64,000 nucleotides of DNA from a virus (taxonomy: Duplodnaviria > Heunggongvirae > Uroviricota > Caudoviricetes): the IMG/VR virus record IMGVR_UViG_3300042349_000541, positions 30,773 to 94,772 of that record; one strand, 5' to 3'. Shown piece by piece: positions 10,541-21,111 of this stretch (within the stretch, counting starts at the first letter, position 1; each line of letters begins with the position of its first letter). The notes beneath the pieces were generated by a model that had not been told where the DNA came from, ran no database searches, and worked only from the letters and a program-made list of their open reading frames with translations. Both the position numbers and the translations under genes were made by a program.

Positions 10541-11533
10541 CTAGAATGACCCGGCAATGACTCGTCGCCCGTCAAGAACGCCGAATCCGAGTTCCGCCCA
10601 AGCATAATAGCCTTGTCGCTGTGATCGGTGAAGAGTTTCGTCTTCGAAGACCTGAACAGGTAACTTAACAGGCATTATAAAGGAGTCATTAGCGGCCTGA
10701 TCGACACCGATAACAAGTTCAGTATCTCCAGAAGCTAAGCTGCCACCAAGATCGGAAACGAAGTAGTCTTGGTATTCTTGACCGTCACCAAGCTCAAAAA
10801 GATCGTGAAGAGTAACACCATAAATTCTGGTGAGCGGTGCTCCACTATCTGCTGCTTGATAAACTTCTCTACGGGAAGTATCATCGAGTTGATCAATACC
10901 CCAGTTGCGAATATCTTCAACACCTTCAATTGAAGTGTAAAGATCGGTTAGCCTTCCACGGCTTGAGACGCTGTTACCGCCAGCATTTCTACGCATAACA
11001 GTCTTTAACAGAGAAACTAATCTCTTGGTTAATTGTCCGTTAGCAGCATCTGCATCATAAACTAAAATGTTTCGGTCAGCAGCAGCGGCAAGTACGGTGT
11101 GCCAAGCATCATCATTCATTTTCTTTACGAAAGAATCTTCAAGAACACTCATGGCTCGACCAAGAATATCCCAGTTAGCTTTTCTAGCGTAAGACAAAAG
11201 GAAGTCGATTGAAGAAGAAACGCTGTAGGTAGCAATTCTTACATAATCACTTTCAACTGATCTTTGAGGAATATATCCATGACCGGGATTGGTGTACGCA
11301 ACGTGCTGAGTTTCGGTTCCCGGTGCTAAAAGATCGAGAGGAAATTCATCAGTTCCGTCAGTTGAAGGCGTAAACAAATTAATGTCGCCAGCCATAATTC
11401 CTTGACGAAGAGGTAGCTCTAAAGCCTTGGCTATTTCTCGCTGAGCGGCAATAGCAAGTGTCTTGTCAGGATCGCCGGAACGTGCATAAAGTTCCAACAT
11501 TTCAGGTGAAGGGGCTTGTCTAGCTTTTCCCAT
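10541..11533 (-). CDS. Major capsid protein (HK97-like, inferred)
   Basis: 330 aa; order portal-protease-decoration-capsid; strong RBS; followed by a terminator. Confidence 0.75.
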   Translation of the reverse strand: MGKARQAPSPEMLELYARSGDPDKTLAIAAQREIAKALELPLRQGIMAGDINLFTPSTDGTDEFPLDLLAPGTETQHVAYTNPGHGYIPQRSVESDYVRIATYSVSSSIDFLLSYARKANWDILGRAMSVLEDSFVKKMNDDAWHTVLAAAADRNILVYDADAANGQLTKRLVSLLKTVMRRNAGGNSVSSRGRLTDLYTSIEGVEDIRNWGIDQLDDTSRREVYQAADSGAPLTRIYGVTLHDLFELGDGQEYQDYFVSDLGGSLASGDTELVIGVDQAANDSFIMPVKLPVQVFEDETLHRSQRQGYYAWAELGFGVLDGRRVIAGSF

Positions 11534-11570
11534 GTTTATTATCTCCAGTTATTTATTAATTAATTAATTA

Positions 11571-12047
11571 TTATCTTCGGGTTACAGGTAAATTAACTTC
11601 GACTTTAGCATAACCGTCTTGATCGACAGTTCCAAGCCAAGTTCCACAAACAGATTGAGTGCCAGCACCAACAAGATCGCTAGCAGCTAAGTTTCCGCTG
11701 TGAGCAACGAAAACGTTTCCGCCTGCTGTTGGGGCAGTGCCTTGAATTCTGTTAGTAACAACCCATCCCTTACGAAGAATGGTAACTTTGCTACCACGCT
11801 GAACTTCGTTTTTGTATGGATTAAGTTTTTGTCTTGTTAAATCGATGTTAACAACATCATTTAAAAGAATGCCCATTGGAACTTTGCCAGAGCCGGTAGC
11901 TGCATACTCAACTAAAGCCTGCCCCTGATCCATAGCCGCACCAGAACCTCCAGTGACAAGTGAAACCATGCCGCCACGCTCTGCAACTTGATTCATGAAG
12001 TATGAAATATCAGTTTGAAGTTCGTATCTATCTGCTTTTAAAGCCAT
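11571..12047 (-). CDS. Head decoration protein (putative)
   Basis: 158 aa, Gly-rich, immediately upstream of the capsid gene. Confidence 0.55.
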   Translation of the reverse strand: MALKADRYELQTDISYFMNQVAERGGMVSLVTGGSGAAMDQGQALVEYAATGSGKVPMGILLNDVVNIDLTRQKLNPYKNEVQRGSKVTILRKGWVVTNRIQGTAPTAGGNVFVAHSGNLAASDLVGAGTQSVCGTWLGTVDQDGYAKVEVNLPVTRR

Positions 12048-12062
12048 TTTATTTCTCCGTTA

Positions 12063-13442
12063 TTAAGATTTTAAAGTTTTGAGAACGTTTTGATTGAACC
12101 AGTCGCCAACGCTTTGACGTAAATTAGTTTCGTTTCCAGAATCAGTTACTGAATTAACAGACGCTTTGGTTTTTTCTGGTTCAACTACTACCTGAATAGT
12201 TTCTTGGTTTTCTTCGGAAGCCTTGCTCTTATCTTCTTCAGGCATTTTCTTAGCAGCTTTCTTTTTCATCATTGCTGCGATTGTTTCAAAAGCTTCGTCT
12301 TCTAGAGATTCTGTAGATGCTAAGGTGCTCTCTAGATCTTCGGATTCTAAACCAGCATCAACTAAAGCAGCCTTTCGCTTGGCCATTTTTTGTTCTTTCT
12401 TCATTTTGTTCATTTCTGATTCCATATCTTGCTTTTGCTTCATGGCCTCAGTTAATTCTAAACCTGCTTTAGCAAGTTCGTCTTTTAATGTTTGTAGATC
12501 ATTTTTTAATTGAGCTACTGAACCTTCTAATGTTTCAGCCTGACTTTTGAAACCATCTAAACTCTTTATGGTTTCTCTAGCTTGAGCTAGTTCCGCTTTA
12601 ACATTCTCAAGTTCTTGAGTTAAATCTAAAGACATTGTATTTTCTCCTGAAATTGATTTTTCTTCTGTGGCTATAACTTCTTGGGTAGTAGCCTGTTCGT
12701 CATTTGTGATAATTTTTGTTATAACGCTTTTTGGGTTAGCTGGTTTATTAACAAGACCCATTCCCGAAAACGTAATATTTCTTAAAACTCTACCAACGCT
12801 ATAACCTTGGTATACTCCATCGCCACCATATGCTCTTAAATACTTAGATAAATAAGCAGTTGCTTCACTTCTTGATATAAGTTTTTTCTCTCCAGCCTGA
12901 GATTTTAACTCGTAGTCAAAATTAGGAAATAAACATTCCATTGAAACAAACCACTTGCCTTCTTTTATACCTTCTATAAGATCTTTAGCTCTTTGTGCTA
13001 ACTTTTGATCTGACCAGCTTGTATAAATTACTGACCCAACATGTATATTAAAATCTTTAGGAACTTGATCCGGAAACATAGAATCGTAAGGGACTTCATT
13101 TCCCTCGCTATCAAGAATGTAATTTCCGGTTATATGACCAAATATATCTTTTTCATCATGCATGAAATTAAATTGCTTATCTTCTGCTGTAGATTTAGCA
13201 GGCCACAATTCTTCTGGATAAAAAATATCGTCATTGTTATTCCATCCCGTGCTAACTAAGATGCTTTCCATATAGAAAAGATCTATTTGGCTTAAATTAG
13301 CAGATGCTGAACTAACTTCAAATGGTCTTTTTATTTTTGTTCTATTAGACTCTCTAGCTAAAGATAAATAAGCTATGGAATTATTGTTGGCAATAATTTC
13401 ACCTAAACCGTCAGATATTTCTTGTGCATATACTTTTATCAT
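12063..13442 (-). CDS. Prohead protease / scaffold fusion (putative)
   Basis: N-terminal domain with FNFMHD and WFVSME motifs, followed by a long coiled-coil E/K-rich C-terminus. Confidence 0.6.
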   Translation of the reverse strand: MIKVYAQEISDGLGEIIANNNSIAYLSLARESNRTKIKRPFEVSSASANLSQIDLFYMESILVSTGWNNNDDIFYPEELWPAKSTAEDKQFNFMHDEKDIFGHITGNYILDSEGNEVPYDSMFPDQVPKDFNIHVGSVIYTSWSDQKLAQRAKDLIEGIKEGKWFVSMECLFPNFDYELKSQAGEKKLISRSEATAYLSKYLRAYGGDGVYQGYSVGRVLRNITFSGMGLVNKPANPKSVITKIITNDEQATTQEVIATEEKSISGENTMSLDLTQELENVKAELAQARETIKSLDGFKSQAETLEGSVAQLKNDLQTLKDELAKAGLELTEAMKQKQDMESEMNKMKKEQKMAKRKAALVDAGLESEDLESTLASTESLEDEAFETIAAMMKKKAAKKMPEEDKSKASEENQETIQVVVEPEKTKASVNSVTDSGNETNLRQSVGDWFNQNVLKTLKS

Positions 13443-13467
13443 AATAATTCCAATTTTTAATACGCAA

Positions 13468-15510
13468 TTAACTTCTTTGTGCGAAAATTATAGCATATAT
13501 ACTTCTTAATTCGTCTATAGTCGGTTTACGATTAGCTTTTGCTGCGAATGAATATATTTGTTTTGATACATCATTTAAAAAGTCTTGGCTGGGCATGGTT
13601 TCTTTAGAAATAAGTTGCTTTATAGATGCTTCTGTTATTTCTTGAAAAGGTTCGTGACCAACAAAAACAGATAATTTTAACTGTTCGAGTTTCGCAAATT
13701 GCTCCTTAGGAAGACTTCTCACATTCTTAGTCTCAGATATGGAAAGAAAAATTGGTGTTAGTATTTCTGAAATCTGATTCTGAGCATTCATGCCCCATAA
13801 AAACAAGTTAGCATCATAGCCTTTTGCTTTAGGTAAAACTCTTTTAGTTTTTCTTTTGCTAATATCTTTACGTGCTAAAGGGCGGCCAGCGTTGGGGTTT
13901 TTAGGTTTCTTTGCGGGCGAAACACCTGAATTACCCGGAGCACTCAGCATTGGTGGCTTTTGATATGGTAATCCTATTTCTTCAAAATACTCTTTGCCTA
14001 ATACTTGTGATTGTAATGCTATTTTAGCAATATCTTCTTTATGGTTAGCCTGATGAAAAGGACTAGCTTTTCTTGGAACATCCATATCTTTAGATCTTCT
14101 TCTGCTTTCGCGTTTAAGTCTTGATTGTTCAATATCGGGCATCTCCTTGAATCTTTCAAGTAGTGTTTCTTCTGACATAATTGATCTGTCTACAAGACTA
14201 ATTAATTGAGTCTTAATAGCTGCTTCATCGGCTAATATGATTGCATCGAAATGTATGCGGGCCGGTTCTTTAAATTTCATGGCCTTTTGGACTATTCTAA
14301 ATTCGTTGTCCCAAAATTTCTTAACAGCTTTACGGCCATATTCAAGACGTTCTATTAAAACTTTGATAGATACATAGTTATTGGTATAACTTGCATTTCC
14401 GCTAGAACCTGTTACTGCGGCAGAAATACCTAGTCCTTGATAGATACTGTTGAGTACAGGCTTGTATTTTTCTTCACCTAAAAATTTATATACTTGACTA
14501 TTGCTTTCTTGAAACTTTAGATCTGGACCCCAAACTAAATCGAAAGTACCACCGCCCGTATTGCTTGCTATAATATTTCTAAGTTTATTAATAACGCCTT
14601 CTCTTGGCACTATTTTATGATCTAAACTACCAATTGTCCAGAGTCTAATATTAGATATAGCCCCGTCTAATGCTGCTAAATCAGCCATTCTCATTTTATT
14701 TAGCATGGATATATCATCTAGGATCGGGTGAACCATAGGATTTGCCCATACCAACCAATCATCTTTTTTGTAATGAAATATGCTAATCTTAGAAGAATCT
14801 AGCTCGGCTTCCTTTTTCCCGTCTTTAATTTGTGCAAGCAAATAATCCGGTAAATAATCCAAGTTGTCTGCGGCCTTTTTATCTCCCAAAAATTTTTCGT
14901 TAACTTTAATGAAGTATTTTTTATCTCCATTAATAGTTTTTATATCTATTTTTATAGGATTTATAAATTCGTAAGACCAAGGTATTTCGCGTCTGTATAT
15001 AGGCATTTCAGATATAATGCTGTCAGCAGCCGCTGTTGATTGTTTAAACTCTGTTTCTTTTACCTTTGTAATTTTTGCAGTGTTTCTATGAACTACAACA
15101 TTACCAATTCTATAAAAATAATTTAAAAAACGTTCAGTTCTTTCATCGCCGTCAACTTGTTTATAAAAAGCCCGATAGAAATTTTGTATCTTAGGGTCAG
15201 GATGAACAATTGTAACACCCTGAGAAGAAAAGTCCGCCATCAAGTCTACGATATTTTTAATAATACCCAAATTTTCGTAGGCGTTATTGCATTCACCCAT
15301 AACCCGCTTTTGTTTTGTAGCGGTGGCTTCTCCGGGCCGAAAAGCTTCGTAGTCACGCCTGTCAAAAGAGGGCCTGACAGATATGCCCGGTTCTACATTT
15401 AGATACTCGCGGTTATTATATGCAGTTGACTTACTGAGTCCGCAGTAAGCATTAAGATCGTTTTCGTCAAAATCTTGATAATATTCACAGTTATTGTATA
15501 TTTTTTTCAT
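13468..15510 (-). CDS. Portal protein
   Basis: 680 aa between the terminase and protease genes; portal-like helical core. Confidence 0.7.
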   Translation of the reverse strand: MKKIYNNCEYYQDFDENDLNAYCGLSKSTAYNNREYLNVEPGISVRPSFDRRDYEAFRPGEATATKQKRVMGECNNAYENLGIIKNIVDLMADFSSQGVTIVHPDPKIQNFYRAFYKQVDGDERTERFLNYFYRIGNVVVHRNTAKITKVKETEFKQSTAAADSIISEMPIYRREIPWSYEFINPIKIDIKTINGDKKYFIKVNEKFLGDKKAADNLDYLPDYLLAQIKDGKKEAELDSSKISIFHYKKDDWLVWANPMVHPILDDISMLNKMRMADLAALDGAISNIRLWTIGSLDHKIVPREGVINKLRNIIASNTGGGTFDLVWGPDLKFQESNSQVYKFLGEEKYKPVLNSIYQGLGISAAVTGSSGNASYTNNYVSIKVLIERLEYGRKAVKKFWDNEFRIVQKAMKFKEPARIHFDAIILADEAAIKTQLISLVDRSIMSEETLLERFKEMPDIEQSRLKRESRRRSKDMDVPRKASPFHQANHKEDIAKIALQSQVLGKEYFEEIGLPYQKPPMLSAPGNSGVSPAKKPKNPNAGRPLARKDISKRKTKRVLPKAKGYDANLFLWGMNAQNQISEILTPIFLSISETKNVRSLPKEQFAKLEQLKLSVFVGHEPFQEITEASIKQLISKETMPSQDFLNDVSKQIYSFAAKANRKPTIDELRSIYAIIFAQRS

Positions 15511-15562
15511 TCTAAACCTAATCGTATTGATAATTGATTGCCGTACAATTAGGTATACTCAA

Positions 15563-18500
15563 TTACATGTAGTACCCGGAATTGTTTTCACCATTACTTT
15601 TAAACCATTCTGGTGCATCGTAATCATCACCAGTACCCAATTTTTCTCTTTCTATAGGCTGGGCAAATCCGCCGTACTGTTTATATGCGTCTAAGAAATT
15701 TTCTTTAGGTTTAGTGCGTGCAGACATATTTGCCATAACAAGTGCGGAATAACGGTCTTTTCTTAGTCTGCCCTTTTTACCTGTCCCGATGATGTATTCG
15801 GGAGTATCCCATCTTTCTCGTCCGGATGGTGTTTGCATTACATTGATCATGGACAGTTCGTTTTTTAGATTTTCTATATTAAATATGCAGTCTTCGAGGG
15901 TATCGTATATTCTCCCGTTGATATTGTCATATTCTATAGCCATTTCTATGCTAACGGGATCATAATATGGAAACAATAAAACTTTATCTTCAAAATCTTT
16001 TCTAAGCCCGTGATTTGCTTCTGCTGTCCAATCCGCTTTGGCAAAATTACAAAGCTTGAGAATATGCAGGCCCGCATAATCATCAGTGTCCTCGGGCTTT
16101 TCCGGGTCTATAACGGGCCATATGGCGAGTTCTCCTTCGGCTAGACGGCCTTTATCATGTAATGCTTCTGCAATCGTTCTACCGCCACCCTGAGAGTCCA
16201 TAGCGATTTCTTTACAAGGGAATATCCTGAGAAGATCTCTAATTTTTCTAGCACAATAAGAATAAAAATCTGTTTCGGTAGTAAGTTTTGAGTTTAACTT
16301 TTCTTTATGCTGTTGTCTGTTGGTTGTCCAAGAATAAACTATCCTTCTGTGGTCGGGACGAATTTCTAAAATTACTATACTGAAATTATCGACTTCCGAT
16401 GCAGGGTCGATGCCGTAAACATAATAACAGTCTTTATTGGCGTATAATGCCGGTTCGAACAGTACAGGCCCGCTAGGAAGGTTTACTTCGTTAGAATGAG
16501 ATACAACACAAGATTCTATAAGAGTTCGCTTAAAAAATCCTTGAGAATCAGAAGAAAAAATAGCACCATATTCCATGTCGAATATACCCGCATGAACTGT
16601 AGCTTTTGCTCTAGCTATCATACCTTCATCCATGAGACCGTCAGGTAATGAGCTTACAGGAATTCTTATGATTGAATAATGACTAGCCTTAAGAGCAGAG
16701 TGATTTTTATCTCCTAGCAATTCAGTCATTTTTTCGGGATCGCCCTTTGTGCTTATACGGGCATGATAATCTTTCCAGTATTTAGCAAAATGATTAAACT
16801 CGTAATATGCAGTACCGGCTAATACAATCTGGTTCCCAACACTTGAAGGATCAAATTCTTCCTCGGGTGGAGTCATTCCTAATTTTTGTCTTCTTTTATG
16901 CTTTACTTTTTCATTAGGAGAAGACGAAACGTTGGCAAAACCTGCTACAACTGTTTCGAAAATTTCGATAGGTATTGAATTATGCTGCCGAAAGCCTTCT
17001 GCGTAAAAACTGTTGGTAATCGGTAAATAATAATCATATAAATTTTGCTGGCTATTTAATTTCTGTACAGATACAATTTTTTGAAAATTATCTAAAGACT
17101 TTAAATATTCTACATAATTAAAAGCATCTTCATATTTTATAAACCTTTTTTGGATTTTTTCCCCAGTTAATAAATAGCAAATTTTCCATTTATTTCTATT
17201 TTTATCCCAAGTTATATATGACGGTTCTTCTGTTGTCACGCAATTATCTATTGCATTTTTAAATCTATCTACATTTAATAGTAAAGCAAAATTTTTAGCA
17301 ATATTATTATTCCACCTAACAAACCATTGACTGTTATCGCTAATATTTGAATTTCTTTTATTTATATAACCGTCAAATCCAAGCTTGTTTGATAAAAATT
17401 GAACATCCCTACATAATCTTTCCGAAACAGAATAATATGCTAAACCAATTTTATTTTCAATATCTCTATCCTGCCATAAAAAACAAGAACCGTCTCCGTC
17501 AAATAATCCAGAAAAAAAAGATATGATAGTTTTTTTTGTTGATTTTAAAATAGATTTTGGTACTATCTTAGTATGGGCAGTAACATAATCTAGGCCAAGT
17601 TTAAATAATTTATTTCTTAAGTCTTTATCATATAAATATAATCTATAAGATTTTTTACAACTCCATCCTCTTTTGTCAACATAAGCATCTTTAACGAAAA
17701 ATTTAAAATTGAATTTGCTTACAAGTTTAGAGCATAAGTTTACATCGGTGGTTGTAACCTGAATTAGTTTTTTATTAACTACAGATCCTTCGCTAACTAA
17801 TATTCCTAACAACCAAGCAAGATCTTCTGTTAAATCCTCTGGGTCAGTATTTGAAAAAATTGAATTTTTAGATTTTTCTACGAATAAAGTTTCGTCAAGT
17901 TCTTTTGGTTTTTTCCAGCCTTTATTCGTCATTACCTGATGATTTTCTGAACACCTGATGACATTTCCGTTTTCAAGTTTAATTTCATATACATCCGTTA
18001 ATGGTGTTTTAATAAACTTGGCTGGCAATTCTGTCGGGCATTTTTCATCCCCCGTAATAATTTCATGAGAATCAAAATCTTCAATTCTTATAAAACCGTC
18101 CGTTGTTTCAACTATGCTTCCGGCCTCTAAACATGCAAATTCGTCGGTAACAATATCATGTGCTCTAGCCCCTCTAATTTTATCACCAGTTCCTAGCGGT
18201 AAACAGGTAATAGTGCTATTATTTATTTTAAATATTAATCTGTCAGGATCTTTGTACGGGCCGCTTTCTTTAGTGCATAAACTTCTTAATATGGGTGCAT
18301 TATTCCATATTTCTTCCATGTAAGAAAAAAGAACTTTACTTTGCCTGAATGCAGAGCCTACGATAATAATTTTGCGTTTAGGAAGAAATAATGCTCTGAG
18401 TAATGCATAAACAGACATAGTCCAAGATTTAGAAGCTCCGCGAGAAGCTATAATCATTGGATATTTTTTAGTCCATAATTCTTTAAGTATTACCATTTGA

Positions 18501-18703
18501 AATGGTAAGATGTCTATGTTTAAAATAAATCTAGTTGCGAACCTAAAATAGTCCGGATTAGACATAATATAAAAAAGCCTCTTCATTGTTATTTCAGGAT
18601 CTGGATCTTGAAAAACATAATCGAGAGGATTATATATGTACTTATCTGGCCTTTCTAGTCCAAGCCATTCATTATCAAAATCATACCCTAGAATTTTTTT
18701 CAT
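15563..18703 (-). CDS. Terminase large subunit (intein-containing)
   Basis: Walker A-like ASRGASKS, Walker B IVTDEFA, nuclease motifs YGIDPA and KDRYSAL; interrupted by an intein. Confidence 0.9.
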   Translation of the reverse strand: MKKILGYDFDNEWLGLERPDKYIYNPLDYVFQDPDPEITMKRLFYIMSNPDYFRFATRFILNIDILPFQMVILKELWTKKYPMIIASRGASKSWTMSVYALLRALFLPKRKIIIVGSAFRQSKVLFSYMEEIWNNAPILRSLCTKESGPYKDPDRLIFKINNSTITCLPLGTGDKIRGARAHDIVTDEFACLEAGSIVETTDGFIRIEDFDSHEIITGDEKCPTELPAKFIKTPLTDVYEIKLENGNVIRCSENHQVMTNKGWKKPKELDETLFVEKSKNSIFSNTDPEDLTEDLAWLLGILVSEGSVVNKKLIQVTTTDVNLCSKLVSKFNFKFFVKDAYVDKRGWSCKKSYRLYLYDKDLRNKLFKLGLDYVTAHTKIVPKSILKSTKKTIISFFSGLFDGDGSCFLWQDRDIENKIGLAYYSVSERLCRDVQFLSNKLGFDGYINKRNSNISDNSQWFVRWNNNIAKNFALLLNVDRFKNAIDNCVTTEEPSYITWDKNRNKWKICYLLTGEKIQKRFIKYEDAFNYVEYLKSLDNFQKIVSVQKLNSQQNLYDYYLPITNSFYAEGFRQHNSIPIEIFETVVAGFANVSSSPNEKVKHKRRQKLGMTPPEEEFDPSSVGNQIVLAGTAYYEFNHFAKYWKDYHARISTKGDPEKMTELLGDKNHSALKASHYSIIRIPVSSLPDGLMDEGMIARAKATVHAGIFDMEYGAIFSSDSQGFFKRTLIESCVVSHSNEVNLPSGPVLFEPALYANKDCYYVYGIDPASEVDNFSIVILEIRPDHRRIVYSWTTNRQQHKEKLNSKLTTETDFYSYCARKIRDLLRIFPCKEIAMDSQGGGRTIAEALHDKGRLAEGELAIWPVIDPEKPEDTDDYAGLHILKLCNFAKADWTAEANHGLRKDFEDKVLLFPYYDPVSIEMAIEYDNINGRIYDTLEDCIFNIENLKNELSMINVMQTPSGRERWDTPEYIIGTGKKGRLRKDRYSALVMANMSARTKPKENFLDAYKQYGGFAQPIEREKLGTGDDYDAPEWFKSNGENNSGYYM
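16979..18133 (-). mobile_element. Intein with LAGLIDADG homing endonuclease (385 aa)
   Basis: Starts CLEAGS right after DEFA and ends QHN before Ser; contains WLLGILVSEG and FFSGLFDGDG motifs. Confidence 0.9.
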
Positions 18704-19154
18704 AAACTCTTTTTAATATTGAAGCGGCTGTTATGAATGCGTTGTTAGGATTGTCGCAAAACAGAAGCTGAAAACCATATTCTTGCTGTAATTCTAAAAG
18801 TACACGTATTAAATATTTTCCATTTACTTTTATGTTCTTTTTTACTGATGGTGGTATATCCGCATTACTTGGGTAACTAACAACATCGCTCATACTGAAT
18901 TCACATATGATGTATTTATGTGGGAACGGTCGCATTCTTTCCAGTTCACGCTCGAATCTTTCCCGTTCTTTTACGATGTTACCGGCTATTTCTATGACAG
19001 ATGCCTTTCTTTCAATGCAAACAACATCGGGCATTTCTTTAATTGCGTAATCACCAGTTTTTAAGGTGCCGACTTCCATGCCTATGCATTGTTGATACGG
19101 ATGAAAGCTCCATCCTTGTTGTTCTCTTGTGTCTCTAATTACTGTGTATGTCAT
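18681..19154 (-). CDS. ERCC4/XPF-like nuclease
   Basis: Motifs VIRDTREQ, LKTGDY and IERKAS. Confidence 0.75.
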   Translation of the reverse strand: MTYTVIRDTREQQGWSFHPYQQCIGMEVGTLKTGDYAIKEMPDVVCIERKASVIEIAGNIVKERERFERELERMRPFPHKYIICEFSMSDVVSYPSNADIPPSVKKNIKVNGKYLIRVLLELQQEYGFQLLFCDNPNNAFITAASILKRVYEKNSRV

Positions 19155-19774
19155 AATGTAGCCTTATATTTATTAAATGCTTGCGGCGTGTATATATCGT
19201 CTGCAAGCCCGTGAGATACAGCTTCTTGTGCCGATAACCACCAGTCGATTTTCGAAGAAACTTTCTGTTTGATGTATTTTTTTATCAACGAGTCTTTTTG
19301 ATCCTTAAATTGTTCTGACTTTCTGAAAGATTGGACAAATATATTGTAAAAATTATTTATTACTGATTGGTGAAAATCCATATATGATTTAACAACTTTT
19401 TGGTTGTCCTCAATAGAAGCATATCCTTCATGTAATAACCAAGAACAGTTCGGCATAGTAAGTATATAGCCTTTATTTAATACGGCTTGAGGTATAATGG
19501 TTCCCATAGATGCTGAAAGTCCGTATGTAATAAAAATAAAATTACATGGAGAGCTTTTGATTGCATCATACATAGCCATGCCTGAATTTATATCTCCGCC
19601 ATTGCTTAACTGATGTATTATTATTGGATCTTTTTTCTTTTCTAGAATTCGCAATCCTTTAAGAAAATTCTTAGCGACTTCATGATCAACAAAGTCATTA
19701 AATAAATAGATATCTCTTTTTTCTATATTTATATCTATATCGATATCATCAATTATCTGGTTTTTTGCGGCCAT
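19151..19774 (-). CDS. ClpP-like protease subunit
   Basis: SNGGDINSGMAMYDAIK, GLSASMG (catalytic Ser) and WLLHEG (His). Confidence 0.8.
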   Translation of the reverse strand: MAAKNQIIDDIDIDINIEKRDIYLFNDFVDHEVAKNFLKGLRILEKKKDPIIIHQLSNGGDINSGMAMYDAIKSSPCNFIFITYGLSASMGTIIPQAVLNKGYILTMPNCSWLLHEGYASIEDNQKVVKSYMDFHQSVINNFYNIFVQSFRKSEQFKDQKDSLIKKYIKQKVSSKIDWWLSAQEAVSHGLADDIYTPQAFNKYKATL

Positions 19775-20036
19775 TTTTAATTATCTCTAAAAAATGATAA
19801 GCGTAAGAACTTTCTTTGTTTTTGATTGATTTGTGACATTTTTTACAAAGGCAAATTAAATTATTCTCATCGAATCTTAAACCCGGAGAGTCGGACCATC
19901 TAAAAATATGATGTATTTCTATTCCGCTTGCCCTTTTCTTTTTTTTGCAAAGCTGGCAAGTGTGATTATCTCTTTCTCTAACTCGCCTATTTAAGTCCAG
20001 ATCTCTGTCTCTAGTAATTTTTCGGGGATTTGTCAT
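19749..20036 (-). CDS. HNH endonuclease
   Basis: RERDNHTCQLC...EIHHI...NLICLCKKCH. Confidence 0.85.
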   Translation of the reverse strand: MTNPRKITRDRDLDLNRRVRERDNHTCQLCKKKKRASGIEIHHIFRWSDSPGLRFDENNLICLCKKCHKSIKNKESSYAYHFLEIIKNGRKKPDN

Positions 20037-21111
20037 GTTCTACCATCTCCCTAACTATATCATCTATTGTTCGAGAAGGTTTCCATCCCAGCTCTCTCTG
20101 TACTAGAGACGAATCGCCATGAAGATAATCTACTTCCGATGGTCTTTTTAATGATTCATCTAATTTAATATAGCTTGCGTAATCCTCGATACCGGCATAT
20201 TTAAATGCTTTTACTAAAAAGTCTAATACGGATATAGAAGTCCCGGTAGAAATTACATAATCTTTATTTTTTCCTTCTGTAAACATTTTATATATGCACT
20301 GCATGTAATCTTCTGCGTGCCCCCAATCTCTAAATGCACAAAGATTTCCGAGTCTCAGTTTGGGAAACTTCGTCTCGGAATCTATAGAAGAAAAAATATC
20401 AGTATCATTAAATTCAACAGACTTACACTGTCCAACCGGAGACCGTAAGAATTCCCCGATCCACTTTGTAATTTTACGTGTTACGAATTTTTCTCCACGC
20501 CTCGGGCTTTCCATGTTAAAAAATATAGCTGAACAAACATTCATGCCGTAAGATTCTCTATAGTTACGGACTAAATGATGACCGGCCAATTTAGCAATTG
20601 CATACGGGCTTTGTGGAACCATAGGGGTGTTTTCGTCTTGATATTTTACTTCGTATTCAAACTCGGGTTCTTTACCGCTAAAGTCTCTAGCGGGAATCAT
20701 TCTTGTGCTGTAGTTCTTGCCAAACATTTCGCTGGATGAAAATTGCACAAGTTTAATATTCTTATCTGTTGTTCGTATGGCTTCTAGAATATTAAGTACC
20801 CCGAGTGCAGTAGCATTCCATGTAAATGCAGGCTGATCAAAAGATGTTGCTACGTGAGATTGTGCTGCGGCATTTGCAATGTATGCGGGCCTTACTTTAT
20901 TAACTATGTCAGTTACGGAAAAAGAATCTGTAATATCTCCTTCCACGAGGCTAAAATTAGTATTAGCCAGACAGGTTGTAAGTCTACTTACATTTGAATT
21001 GCTGGTACGTCTTGCAATTCCGTAGACCTTATAGCCTTCTTTTAGAAATATCTCCGAAAGATAAGATCCTGCTTGGCCCGTAACGCCCGATATCAATACA
21101 TTTTTATTCAT
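20011..21111 (-). CDS. gmd: GDP-mannose 4,6-dehydratase
   Basis: ISGVTGQAGSYL, AAQSHV, SSSEMFG, SPYAIAKL, ESPRRGEKFVTRKI, LGNL, RDWGHAEDY and RPSEVDYL. Confidence 0.92.
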   Translation of the reverse strand: MNKNVLISGVTGQAGSYLSEIFLKEGYKVYGIARRTSNSNVSRLTTCLANTNFSLVEGDITDSFSVTDIVNKVRPAYIANAAAQSHVATSFDQPAFTWNATALGVLNILEAIRTTDKNIKLVQFSSSEMFGKNYSTRMIPARDFSGKEPEFEYEVKYQDENTPMVPQSPYAIAKLAGHHLVRNYRESYGMNVCSAIFFNMESPRRGEKFVTRKITKWIGEFLRSPVGQCKSVEFNDTDIFSSIDSETKFPKLRLGNLCAFRDWGHAEDYMQCIYKMFTEGKNKDYVISTGTSISVLDFLVKAFKYAGIEDYASYIKLDESLKRPSEVDYLHGDSSLVQRELGWKPSRTIDDIVREMVEHDKSPKNY

